Below the pieces are notes generated by a model. The model saw only the letters and a program-made list of their open reading frames with translations, was not told the origin of the DNA and searched no databases. The translations under genes were made by a program, and so were the position numbers. From contig CM119271.1 of assembly GCA_051294375.1 (NCBI GenBank), positions 10,667,376-10,731,375 of the forward strand: DNA of 64,000 nucleotides, read 5' to 3'. This document shows positions 30,086 to 42,300 of this stretch, piece by piece (position 1 is the stretch's first letter; each line of letters begins with the position of its first letter). Source of the DNA: Paraspadella gotoi. Lineage: Eukaryota > Animalia > Chaetognatha.

Positions 30086-31248
30086 AAAAAACATTTTCTT
30101 TTAACGAATGTCTTAGCTGGCGCGTCCACTGCCGTACAAATGACGAAATTATGAAATTAAGATCGGACTTAGTTCATCCGAGTTTTGCGTACGTTTATTA
30201 TTTTTGTACCGCGCCACTCGGGGAAATGGTTGAAGAGGTGGTGAAAATTTCCATGTGGGGGTTATCTGAGTTATCAATGTCAGATTAAACGTATTCGATC
30301 GAAAATCCGATTTTAGCATGCGTAATTTAGAATGGTTTTCCATTCGGCCTGTTTTTTTCGAGTCCAGCTTAAGTTCTTTTTTCATTATTAGTTGTTTTAT
30401 GTTTAGACCACTACAAGCGCAATCAGGATACGTTGGGTATTTCTAACAACTTCTTTACTTATTTTCTTTTGTTTCACTTTGTCTTTTCTGTCACTTTTCA
30501 GACAAATACCGTTACTGTTTTTAATTGAACAAATTTTTCCGCAATTTATTTATCAGATATCTAAACTTTTCTGTATTTTTAAAATAGTAATAGTCTGTAC
30601 TTCTTTCGAGAATTTTTTGTCGATTAGACAATAAAAATGTCGGTCGCAGCCTTTCTCCGATGAAGCTCACTCCGTCACCAACTATGAACTTTTTATGACT
30701 CAAATTAGATAGGTCTTAAATGTGTCGGTGATAATTAAATCTTGGGTCGCGAAGATTCTTTCCAAATTATTATAGAGGCTTCGTACTTTGAGCTCAATCA
30801 TCTACTGCTATTGGTTCTGCGTAACCGGTCCCGTTTCACTTTTTTTCAGCGGAACGATGGCCAGGGATCCAGCCCTGAAGGCAAAGCGCAGTCGGGTAAA
30901 CCGGCTCAACCATTGAGTCAGGCAGTTTGAATGCGAGAATGAGACGGTTTCGTGGCCGCCGCTTTTTTTTACTCGGAATTTAATTTTTTTTCAATTTCAC
31001 AGCTAAGAAAATTATAACAATTGTAACTTATGTTTTATCCTAAATATTTTGTATGCCCGAGGGAAAAATCAATTAGCTCTGATATGCTGACCGCAAATGT
31101 AATGAACGATTTTCAAGTTACCGCAATAATCAGTATTCTCTTTCCAAAAAAGTACACATTTAATGAAACAAATGTATGAAACCTTCGCTTTGCTCTTCGA
31201 CTTTTACTTCGTTCTTCGACATCCCTTCCGCCCCCTAAGTCGCTCGTC

Positions 31249-31530
31249 ATGAATCCCCCTCCTTCCGCCGCGCCTACCCCTTCGCCGCCGGCCCTCAACG
31301 CCGCCCTCGTCCGACGCCTTCTCGATTCCTCCATCGAGACGCCGGGCGGTCTCCGCGTCACCGCCGACGCGGTCATCCTCACGCGGGATTTGCTCGATCG
31401 ATTCTTGACGGAAGCGTGCCTCCGCGCTGCCGCGCTGCGGCGCCAGGAGGCGGGCGACGAAGTCGACGAAAAAGTGACGGAGGAACATTTGCTGCGGATT
31501 CTGCCGCAGCTGCTGCTCGACTTTTCTTGA
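31249..31530 (+). CDS. CENPX: Centromere protein X / STRA13 / MHF2 (histone fold); intronless
   Basis: 93-aa ORF with RVTADAV..LLDRFLTEACLRAA and the C-terminal signature LPQLLLDF. Confidence 0.85.
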   Translation: MNPPPSAAPTPSPPALNAALVRRLLDSSIETPGGLRVTADAVILTRDLLDRFLTEACLRAAALRRQEAGDEVDEKVTEEHLLRILPQLLLDFS

Positions 31531-31689
31531 GTCTTCGAGTGTCTGTTTATTTTAATTTTTTAAAGTTTTTGATGCAGCCTTTTTTTTTCAGATCTAAGAC
31601 CTCACCCAAACTGACTCTTTAACTTGACCCAAACTTGACCCCAATCCCGACCTGAACTCCCAAACGCAACCCCCAACTCTTTCGTCGAC

Positions 31690-34600
31690 ATGAGTTTCTC
31701 CGGCGTCGCATTCGAGAATTTCTCGGTGACGGCGAGGGACGACGCGTTGGCGACGCAGCGCACCGCCGCCCTTCCAAGCTCCTCCCCCTCCTCTTCCTCC
31801 GCAACCAGCGGCGTCATGAATAGAATCGGCAGCAGGGGCGCCGCGTCGCCGCCTTCCTCCAACGGTCGGATCCCCGTCCTGCAGCGGCTCGGCGGTCCGC
31901 CGCGGATGGAGACGTCGTGGTCTCGATCGATGCACGATGATAGACAACCGAGACATCGTGACAGGTTGTTGTTGTTGATGGCGATGATGTTGATGATGAT
32001 CATGATGATTAATTATTTTAAAAATCCCTCGATTTTATTTATTTATTTATCTTATTATATTGATGAAAACAAATATTACTACAATTCTCTAAAAAATTTT
32101 TTTCCTTAGTACAAAATGAGCGTATGACCACGCTTTTAAACTAAAGGTTTACATGGTAACAATTTGAAAACCGGCCCCTAGTAAAAAGCTGCCATTTGCA
32201 AACGCGTAGTGATTTTATTAATTAATATCGATAACAAATATTAAATTTCTCTTGCAGGGGACGAGGCGGAGTGCCCTCCGGTCATTGGCGAGGCGGAAAT
32301 CGTGGCGCCCCTGGCGGATATCGCAATCAGCGCGGTGGTCCACGTGGCGGACCCCGTGGCGGAGGCGGCGGCTACGGCGGCTACGGAGGACATGGCGGCC
32401 GAGGATCGTATCGTCCAAGGTTGCAGTTTTACAGGCGGTTGGATTTTTTGTCGGACAGAGAGCAACTTAACTTTTTGAGGGGTGGGGAAGGGGGAATGAA
32501 AAAATTTTTAAAAAACGTCATTGACATAAAAGATATCCGTTTTTTTGTGGTCCAAAATTTAGTTCAAAATATTTTTTAAAAAAATATTGCCAACAACCTT
32601 ATGCGAGTAATTCCCTTTCCTAACGGTTGGCTCTAAAATTCTCGTCAAACTCTTATCTCATCTTCGCCCCCAATGTTTGATCCGATCTCGCGCCAGGGGT
32701 AATTATCACCGACGGAACGATCAGAACTTCCGGGGAGACGGAGACGTCGCCATGAATCCGTCCGAGGATTCCCGAAGGAGGCCCATCGCGCAATATCGCG
32801 GCAGGGAAGATCGGAGGTGAGGAAAGAGAGTTGGCTCGGCTTCATCGTCGAACCCTTTCGATATTCTTAATTCCCTCTCCTTATCCCGATGATTCCCTTG
32901 TATCGGAATAATTGTAGCGACCCGACTTGACAATTGTTTTGAATATAAAAAAATAACGGGGTCGGTTTGCTCAAACTGAATTCGTCCCTTAAATTTTTAT
33001 TTATTTGTACAATATTTAGATTTTATTTTTTCCCTGTCGCTTCGTTAATATCATTATCGATGTCATTACGCGACATTTCAGGGACTTTTTTAGGTAAATT
33101 ATTTTACTTTATAAAATTATTTCTTTGTTTTATTTCTTTCTTTTCGTTGATTTTCGAAGCATTAAAGGAAAAAGTTTTAATTTTTGTTTCAACAACGAAT
33201 GTAATTAGCATGAAAAGCGTATATGTTTCGGCTATATTGTTAGCATTCATCTGCGCAAAATTTGATTTAAAATTCTTTCAGATTTTTTGCCAAAAAGTGA
33301 TTTTGCGCTGATGTAGGCTAACAATATAGCCGAAACATGTCCGTTTTTCACGTTAATTACATTCGTTGTTGAAAAAAAAAAAATAAAAACTTTTTCCCTT
33401 TAAAATTATTTCTCTAATCATTATACTTATATTATCTCTCAAAATTGTTTTCCCTTCTCAACCTCAGAAGCGGTCATGACAACGCGGAGAAATGGTTTAA
33501 AGTTCGAATTCGCAACACGAGAGGGAAAATGTGGGAGAAAACGGAACTCCTCAAGATCCTCGCCGAGGGCGTGGCCACGCCCTTTAACGCCTTCAGCTAC
33601 GTGGAAGAAGAGAACAGCATCTGCTTTTGGGTGGAGGGAGTCTCGCTGGCCGGTGCGTTTATAATACGAGAGAACTTGATTTATGTGTTCAGTAGTTTAT
33701 ACTAGGAGCGGACATTTTTTTATTCAATAATCGTAGATAGTTAACTAATTAATATCTGGATTAAGTGATCTATATAGTACGTTATATAGAAGTGCCGAAT
33801 CTGTCTTAATACGAAGATAAAAATGTTTCGGTTTGATTTTATTCCGAAAAAAATGAAAATATTGAAGAGACAGTAATTATTGTTATGTGTTAGTGACAGA
33901 ACCGTTCAATATAAGCAGTCCCTGAGCTTCGGATCAGGCTGTAACACCCTGTTACAGGCGGGTTAAGCGCCCCGTCCCTCTTAACTGCCAGACGACCACC
34001 GGGCTAGAACCCCGGACCTTTGGGTTGGGAGGCGAATGACTTGCCTCCGGCACCAATGGCCGCTGATGAACGGTTGGTGGATTTTAGTCCACCATAATAT
34101 GTATTTTTTTTTATTTTCGCTCTCAGATTCTTTTCGCGCGGTCCAAAATCGGTTGACGATGCCCGACAACACGAAAATTCCCATTAACGTCATCCCTTTC
34201 CACGAATCTCCGCCCGTTAATCTGGAAGATGCGAACGTCATTGACGCTATGAAGACGGTAATTCAAGATCATCAATTGTCTATAAGAAATCTATTTGCTA
34301 CAAAAAATAGAACCACAAAAATATCAATTTTTTTTCACTTTCCACTTCTTCCTGTGTAGGCGTTAAACAATCGTTATCAGCTGGACGTAGGATCCTTGGA
34401 ATTAGCCGATTTTGATAAAGACGAAGCATTTCTATCTCAGGTGCGGAAAATATTTGTTTGTTTTTTTTTTTGGTTTGTTTTTTTTTTTCAAAATTGTCCA
34501 GAAGTCCTAACCGAAATATATATATTTTTTTAAATTAGGGTTACTATCTTCCTTTGAACAATCCTCGCGTTTTGGACGCCTTGACGAAAATCATTAAGGC

Positions 34601-36145
34601 GGTTCAAGTCCAAGTCAAAGCTTTGAGTCTTCGCAACAACCGACTCGTCGTTCTTGATCACGTCGCCAGATCTTTCAAAGGTGAGACAATAGACTTAGTA
34701 TTTTTATGTCTAAGAATGTCATTTATTAGCTAAAATTCAAATTAGGTGGGGGAACGAAAAACGCTGATTTAAAAAGTTTTTCTCTTCTCAACCAACCCCT
34801 CCTTCAGGCGCGGATTCCTCCATCGAGGTCCTCCATCTCGGCGACAACCGAATTCGCGGCCTCAACGAACTCGAGAAGATCAAATCCTGGCCTCTCAAGA
34901 TGCTCCACTTGGAGGGGAACAACTTCGGTCGCGGAGCCAAGACCGATCGGGAATCCTTCATCGAAACCATCCGCCGCATCTTCCCGCGCCTCGAGAGGCT
35001 CGACGAAGAGGAGATGCCGAAGGCGATCGGCTTCGCCTTGGAGAACGAGGCCGTCAACAAGGCTCTCCCGTTGGCCAAGAGATTTTTCTACGCTTCGGAA
35101 GAACCCAAGCGACTTATCTCTCAGGTTTGGTTAATTGTCTAAAGTCTTAATAAATAGTAATTTGGTTTGTCCTTGATTTCGAATGTGGTGTGAGGGATGA
35201 TTGCTATTTTTGTTACTCGATATAGGCCCTATAAGTTTCGTCTAAGTAATAAGCACCCTATATTATAGGGTGCTTATTACTTAGACGAAACTTATCTTTA
35301 ATCTTGTTATCGTTCTGTTCGCTCCCTACAGTTTCTGCAAGTTTACTTTGATTTATACGACAAAGACAAGCAGCAGCTTCTGCCCGCTTATCATTCGACG
35401 GCGGTCTTCTCCCTTTCCGCCGCCTACAACAAAGCCGTCCCCGGGAAACAATCACCGTTCGACGAGTACTTCAAGGGCAAAAGCAGGAATCTTATGAGAT
35501 CGGGTAAGTGAAAGGGGGGGAAGGTGTGTTAACGTCGTTCTTTCTCTTGAGGTGATGATAAACTCTTTGTCGTTTTCAGTCGCTCCCCCCATCGCCTTGA
35601 AATCCTGCCCGCTCGACATTTTGGCTTTTCTCAACGGACTCCCCAAGACGCAACACGATCCCAACTCTTTCACCATCGACACCGGATTCGTTTCCGCGTC
35701 GCTCATGACCTTCGTCGTCACGGGTAAATTATGACTTAAAATTAATATTAATTTTGATTATTATTAATATTAATCCCCCTTTTTCAGGCGTCTTCCGCGA
35801 GGAGGTCGAACCTTCCTCTTCTTACTCTTCGGACGACTCGTGGACTCTTCGTTCCTTCTCTCGATCTTTCGTCACGATCCCTATCGGCACCGGTGAGTTG
35901 GAAAGGTTTTTCAGGGGATCCTAAGATCGTAAGAATTCGAATATAACTTTATTTCATAAAACGAGTCCCTTTATTTTCCGCACAAGTCTTTATTTACAAG
36001 AAGGTAAAAATGATACAAGAAAATATCGCGAGAAACCATTCGGGCCGACGTCTCGCTTTCAACCAAAGTTCGATCTTTCCCTCTCCGCCCTCGGCCCATC
36101 GAACGTCCCTCCCCTTTCACCCAGTCCCGCTTCCGCTATCGTGAT

Positions 36146-36225
<80 letters not shown>

Positions 36226-36840
36226 CTCTTCCGTTTATCCTCTAGTTCATGGTGTTAGGCGAGAGAGGGAGAGGGTGAAGATGGAGGGAGGGAGGCGGAG
36301 ATTAGAAAGTATGTATTTAAAAGTCGTTAATTTAAGGAATTTAATTTAATTTAATTTAAGGAATGCAAATCATCAACGATCAACTGACGTTGACGAGCGT
36401 CACTGAAGAACAGAAGAAATCTTCTTTTCTCTCCGTCGAAGCTTCAGCAGCCGTCAACTCCCAGCCGAACGTGGTTCTGACCGAGGAACAAAAGCAAATC
36501 ATGGCGCAGTACATGCAGGTGAAGCGAGAGCGCAAAGATTTAATTAATTAGTACCTCATTCTCTTTTACTTATAGTCGTGTTTTGATCAAGTATTCGAGT
36601 AATTTTATTCTGATACTTAAAAGTTTATTACTACTTGAAACCTCTCATAACGGGAACAGTTATGGTGATTAATTTTTTACGAAATCTTCTTACTAACCGG
36701 TTTTCCAGGCGACGAACCTTGCCGAGAGTTTCGCGTTCGAGGCTTTGACGAAGTCCAACTGGAATTTAGTCGCGGCTCAAACTCTCTTCAGCGAACTCCG
36801 CGAGACCATTCCCCCTCACGCCTTTCGCACTCAGCAGTAG
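31690..36840 (+). CDS. NXF1: Nuclear RNA export factor (NXF1/TAP family); about 14 exons
   Basis: RGG-rich N-terminus, RBD (WFKVRI), LRR (LSLRNNRL, LHLEGNN, IRRIFPRLERLD), NTF2-like domain (LPKTQHD, FVVTGVFRE, RSFSRSFV, IINDQL) and TAP-C/UBA (NWNL..IPPHAF). Confidence 0.88.
33163..33402. mobile_element. ~100-bp inverted repeat with a minimal hammerhead in each arm (Penelope-like pLTR remnant) in an NXF1 intron
   Basis: Arms at 33163-33261 and 33300-33402. The + copy reads GCG-CTGATGT-A-GGCTA-acaata-TAGCC-GAAA-CATGTC-CGT. The - copy reads GCG-CAGATGA-A-TGCTA-acaata-TAGCC-GAAA-CATATA-CGC. Confidence 0.8.
33915..33988 (-). ncRNA. Twister ribozyme, circularly permuted type-P5 architecture
   Basis: Minus strand reads GCAGTT(P5) AA GAGG(P2') GA CGG(T1') GGCGCT TAA CCC(P2) GC(T2) CTGTAACA-ggg-TGTTACAG(P3) CCTGA-TCCGAAGC-TCAGG(P4/L4) GACTGC(P5'). 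Confidence 0.72.
33992..34063 (-). mobile_element. tRNA-like (tRNA-Gly-related) 72-nt head, probably a SINE Pol III promoter module
   Basis: Minus strand has acceptor stem GCGGCCA/TGGTCGT, A-box-like TGGTGCCGGAGG, TTCGCCTCCCA as in tRNA-Gly(CCC), and T-arm CCGGG-GTTCTAG-CCCGG. The anticodon stem pairs poorly. Confidence 0.7.
35231..35295. repeat. Perfect 65-bp palindrome (32-bp arms, 1-nt spacer) in an NXF1 intron
   Basis: ATAAGTTTCGTCTAAGTAATAAGCACCCTATA-T-TATAGGGTGCTTATTACTTAGACGAAACTTAT. Confidence 0.95.
36153..36229. repeat. (CT)n microsatellite in an NXF1 intron
   Basis: Long CT tract with one interruption. Confidence 0.95.
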
Positions 36841-39361
36841 CCGACAAAAGTCATCCGGAGCCGGAGAAGAAAAAAAAAAATTTTCGCCATCGGCCTTATC
36901 ATCTTTTTTTCCCCCATCGACTCTAGTTTGTGTCCGCGTGTTCGTGCGATGAACCTCGAAAGAAAAGAGAATATGATCGTCCTGTATTAGCTTTCTCGCC
37001 CCCACACATTTTTGTCTCATTCTTATTGCTCTCGTACCCGTGTAGATAATCGGTAAAGCGTTTCACGCTCTTACTTGGGTCTCATTTCTTTTTTTAAACT
37101 TCTTGTTATATTTCGAAGTCTTAGGTTAACAAATACTACATACACATGTGTCGGAGAAAACGGAAGTGGGGGAATGGGTTCGAACGCTTGGATTTAGATT
37201 CTTTCTCGCCGTCAAAATCGGTCGAAGGGTCGATATTTTTACGGCTGGGAAATTGATTTCGAAAATCCCACGACCACGCGTTTTCAAACCTTCGTCTTTT
37301 TTTTACCGAGGAGAAGTCCCCGATAAAAAGACGAGTCTGTCCCTTTTCTCCCCATTCCGACCGACACCTACCCTCACCCCCTCACCCCCCCCCCTTATTT
37401 CCCAACAGGGGATTTCATTGTTTGGGAATTTTTTCTTCAGTTTAATCCACCGCTGAATTATAGTCCGCGTTCTCGCTCCGAGACGACAACCTTGTATTTT
37501 TTTTGGTGGCAGATTATTAACGACGTCGCTAGATCTCATTTCGCTCTTTAGAATTTTATTTATTCATTCGTTTAAAAAAAGAAGAAAATTTGGGTAATTT
37601 AAAAGTAAGTCGCCTCAGTTAAATGTTTAAAAAATCCGAAAATGCCATTCGTTTTATATCACCTTAAGTCTTGACGCCTGCTCCCGTTTTCTAATGTTCA
37701 TGAATAACCTGGTTGTCTCTATTCATAAGCAGAATTATCCGTTCTTCGCGGAAATCGACTTTTTTGTGAGGGAGGATAAATAAATCTCGGAAGAAAAGTG
37801 ATCTCTAACTCTGGTGTGGAAAACAAAATTCTCGACTAGTCTTAAAATCAGTTCTCTCTTCAAGTGAAACTTCTACGTCAAATCCTCGTCCTACGAACGA
37901 CCGAAACTAAAAAGGAATCTCATAGACTCTCGTGATAATAACATATCCGCGCGAATCTCCGACACGAAAACCCGCGAAAACTTTTTTTTTCCTTCTCGTC
38001 GACGAACCCGTCCCCCCCGCTTACCTCAACCACCGCCCCGACCCGATGTTGACGGGAAGTTTGCTGAGTCACCGACGTCGACGCCCGAATCAGGGTCGCG
38101 GCCAAATCTACATCCCCAACGGCGAATACTCCTCGGCGATACATCACCGATTCACCCCGGAGGGCCTCACTCGATCCAGAGCCAGCGGAAGAGTCAGTCA
38201 GTCATGGTCAGTTTTAGGGTTCGCGGTTTTTCGGGGAAATATTGGATTTTTTTTCTCATTCAATTTTTTTTGGTTGTCGGCAAAAAAAATATCTTTACTT
38301 TTTGGAGTCAAGTATTTAACAAAATATTTTTTTGACAACATTGAAACTTATCATTGTGATTGCATTGCTAATTTTTATTTTGTTTTTCCCTTTTTTTTTT
38401 AAATATTAGATTTTAACAGATTTATAAACATTATTAAAAAGTATAATTTATCTTTAAAGGTTAGTATATGTTTGGAGTTTAGGGGAAAAGTAGGGTAATT
38501 CCTGTTAATTATTTAATTTTTTTGTTGTGATTAAATATTTCATGTTATGACATTATGTGTGGTCATCTGATATTAATTTTAGAAAGAATCTGTAAATGTA
38601 AACTGGAATTACTTTACTTTTCCCTTATGTGACATATTTTTTTAGATTTATTTATCATAGACCTAAATCTTCTTTAAGGCTAAAGATATTATATATACAT
38701 TTGAATTTGGTGATGTAGAATTTTCTAAGTGTAAAAGTCTTTGCTAAAATTAGTATAGCAGTTAATTTCCTCAGTTTCAAAACAAGCTATAACTTTCACT
38801 GTCTTTTATAGATATTTCCAAAGCTTAGCCTAGGTAGATGGCATATGATATTTTCAGATAGAAGAGCCCTTATGAAACTTTATATGATTGTAATTTTTTA
38901 ATTTAAGAATATGAGGTTACTGAGTAAAAATTGAGTAAAAATAATAAATCGGGGCTTGAGTCAAAAATGGGCTAAATATTTTAAAAAAACTTAAAATCAT
39001 AACGTTTCCGAATCATAAGGGCGACATTCTATGGAGAGATTTAATGTGAATGTTTGGGTTGATGTAATAACTATTAAAACGAAATTGACGGGAAGCATCA
39101 TCTCGTTCACTGCGCGATGACACGATTCTATCATATCATTTTTTAAATTATGTTTATATTGGTTAATGGTTATACCAACTTCATTATCTAACGGACGAGT
39201 GGTTTTGAGTTTACGACCCCCCCTCCAAAAAAAAAGAGCCCAATCTTTCAAATCTTCTCCTCCTCCCAACAACGATTCCATCTCTTCCTCTTACAATTTT
39301 CAGTTCCACAAACTCGCTCGAAAACTCTCACCCTTCGACGCCGACTTCCCCCGGCCCGGCC

Positions 39362-42300
39362 ATGCCCGGCTTGAACACCGCCGTCGCTCCCGTCAGCGAC
39401 CGGGTCAGCTTTCCCCCTCACCCCACCGCATCGCTACCCGTCTATATGTCCTTGTCGCTGGAGACGGAGGCTCAAATGAACAAGGTAAGTTTCATCATCT
39501 CAATGTTTTACATTATTAACTTATTCAAAAATTATCAATGACTCAATGATTCAGGTACTCAACGAATTCGTGCTCAGCGACGACACATTGAAGAAGATCA
39601 TGGCCTTGATGAACAACGAGATGGACAAGGGCTTAGACCCGGCGACTCACGAGGAGGTCAGTTGTGAAACAATGGGGAGAAGTCACATTTCCAAAAGAAA
39701 GATATAAACTTGGCCGAATTAAGATATACTTAGAACCGACAAAAATTTTCCCGAGAAAGTCTCTAACCACGGTTAGATTTTAGGAGGATTAGTTTTTCGT
39801 TAATCTGGGTTGTTTTTGAGGAGGAATATTGGTTAATCTTTCCCCTTTTTGAGGAGGAATATTGCTTAATCTTTCCCCTTTTTGAGGAGGAATATTGCTT
39901 CATCTTTCCCCCTTTTTTCTCAGGCGGACATCAAAATGTTTCCGACTTTCGTCCGTTCGGTTCCGGACGGAAGCGAACACGGAGATTTCTTGGCTCTGGA
40001 TCTGGGCGGGACCAACTTTCGAGTCCTTTGGGTCCACATACCCGAAGAGGACTCCGGTGAGTTCGAGCTCAAATTTATATTGAGTTTCATTTAATATATT
40101 TACATTCATATATACAATAAGCCGGTTCAAATTCTCATCAGTACAAACTTTAGTTTTTTCAAAAGGCTTTAATATCATAATCTCTTTTACTTGCAAGATT
40201 CTAAATACCAAAAATAACAAAAGTGCATCGATTGTATCAGAAAAATCTATTCAATAGATGGAGTTTTTTTTAAAGTGAAAAGTTATGGCCTGACAATGTC
40301 AAAAAATTTAATATATATATATATGTATATATGTACCAATTTCTTAAAACCTCTATCTCTACCCTCCCTTGAAAAGGTTCGACGGAGAAGCAAGAGATTA
40401 AAATGAAATCTCGCATCGTCGTCATCCCGGTGAAGCTGATGAAAGGCCCCGGCGAAGACCTCTTCGATCACATCGTCAAGGGGCTCGCCTCTTTTATGGA
40501 GAAGGAGAAGCTCATAGGTCTGTCGACGACCTTCAGAAAGAAAAATAAAAGGGTCAACCACTAATATTTTTTCATTTATTCTCAAAAAAGGAAAATCCCT
40601 GCCTTTGGGATTCACCTTTTCGTTCCCGGTGAAGCAAGAAGGTCTGGACAGGGGACGTCTGGTCACCTGGACGAAAGGCTTCACCTGCGGCGGCGTCGTT
40701 GGTGAAGATGTCGTTGGACTCCTGCACGAGGCCATCCAGCGTCACGCCAAAGCCGTGGAGGTCGTTCTTTTCTTTTGAATCATTGATTCATTGATTGATT
40801 GTTTCCATTTAGCGATTAATACAATTTTAAGCAAATGCCCAATGATTGGTTTCTATTGGTATATTGCTAAAATAGTTTGTGTTACTTCTTATTATTAAAT
40901 TTTTCAAAATCTTTATTAATTATCATTCTTAATTTTTCATCGTGAACGTCAATTACTATACTATTGCGTATTGACAAAATTAAATTTAAAATTTGAATCT
41001 ATGAAATGACCTGGGTACTTAATTCGCGTTGAATTAACGCCAGAACGACTATATGCAAAAGAGATTCACGAACTCTTATCATTTTCCAGCGAATAAAGAG
41101 TCTATCTCTTATATACAGGCTCATCGTGGGATCGAAAACGTGAAATGCGTCGCTATCGTAAACGATACGACGGGGACTCTCATGGCGTGCGCCCATAAGT
41201 GAGTAATCCATCTTAAAATAAGCTCAGCGAAAAGTCTTAACGCAATTCGTTAAATCTACTCGTAACGAAATGTTTCTCTTGGTTGCTCCCGCAGAAATCC
41301 CAGGTGCCTGGTCGGTTTGATCTTGGGAACGGGATCCAACGCTTGCTACGTTGAAAAGTTGGACAAAGTGAAAACGTGGACTGGGGACAAAGATCCTCCG
41401 GACGAAGTGAGCCCGGAAAACGGGAGAATAAAATATATATATTATATTAGTTATAATCGCGATCCTTCGAAAAAAACCCGCAGGTGCTTATCAACACGGA
41501 ATGGGGGGCTTTCGGCAACGGCGGTTGTCTCGAATTCATTCAGACGGAATTCGACAAAGACGTGGACGCTCATTCTCCGAACGCGAGACAACAAATTTTC
41601 GAAAAGATGATATCCGGGATGTACATGGGGGAGATCGTGCGACTCGTCATGTGCAAGTTAGTATTTAAGGAGAAACGCTTCATCGTTGAAATCATTCATA
41701 ATTCGTCGAGAATATTACGTAAAATTTGACGAATGATTTACACTAATTAATATGCACTATTAATCATGAGAAATCTAAATATGCAACTACTTAAAAAGCA
41801 TAACACAAAAACAAATGAAGAATTTGGATAATACAAATACAAATAGAAATGAAGAATTTGGATAATCATTTACGAACGTCTTTTTTCTTGCGCAGATTAT
41901 TCGCAAAAGGAGTTTTGTTTTCCCACCATCGCGACTCGAAGACGCAGTTTTTCGTTCCCGAAAGTCCGACGACGTCAGGAGCGCCGACCCCAGGAGCGCT
42001 TGCGCCGGGATCGTCCGAAACCAAATTAGCGGAGCCAGAAATGCTGAATTGGGGCAACAAAGGAACCTTTTTTACAAAATACATTTCCGAAATAGAAGGG
42101 TAAGAGATGGGGGGGGGGGAGAGCTGTCGTTGCAATTTTTTTTTCTGTAGTCCAGATATAGCGTGATACTTTGTAGTATATTAGACTGAAAGAACGGTAG
42201 TCGCGGGTTGACTAGTTTCACTCTTAATTAAGTTTAAAAATGTATATTTGATTTTTGCGGAGATTAATTTTAAAAAGTGTTTGTATTCAGGGCGAATCCC

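Noticed and set aside
33992-34063. Functional tRNA-Gly gene
   Set aside because: The anticodon and D stems pair poorly and the T-loop is non-canonical, so it is treated as a tRNA-derived module.
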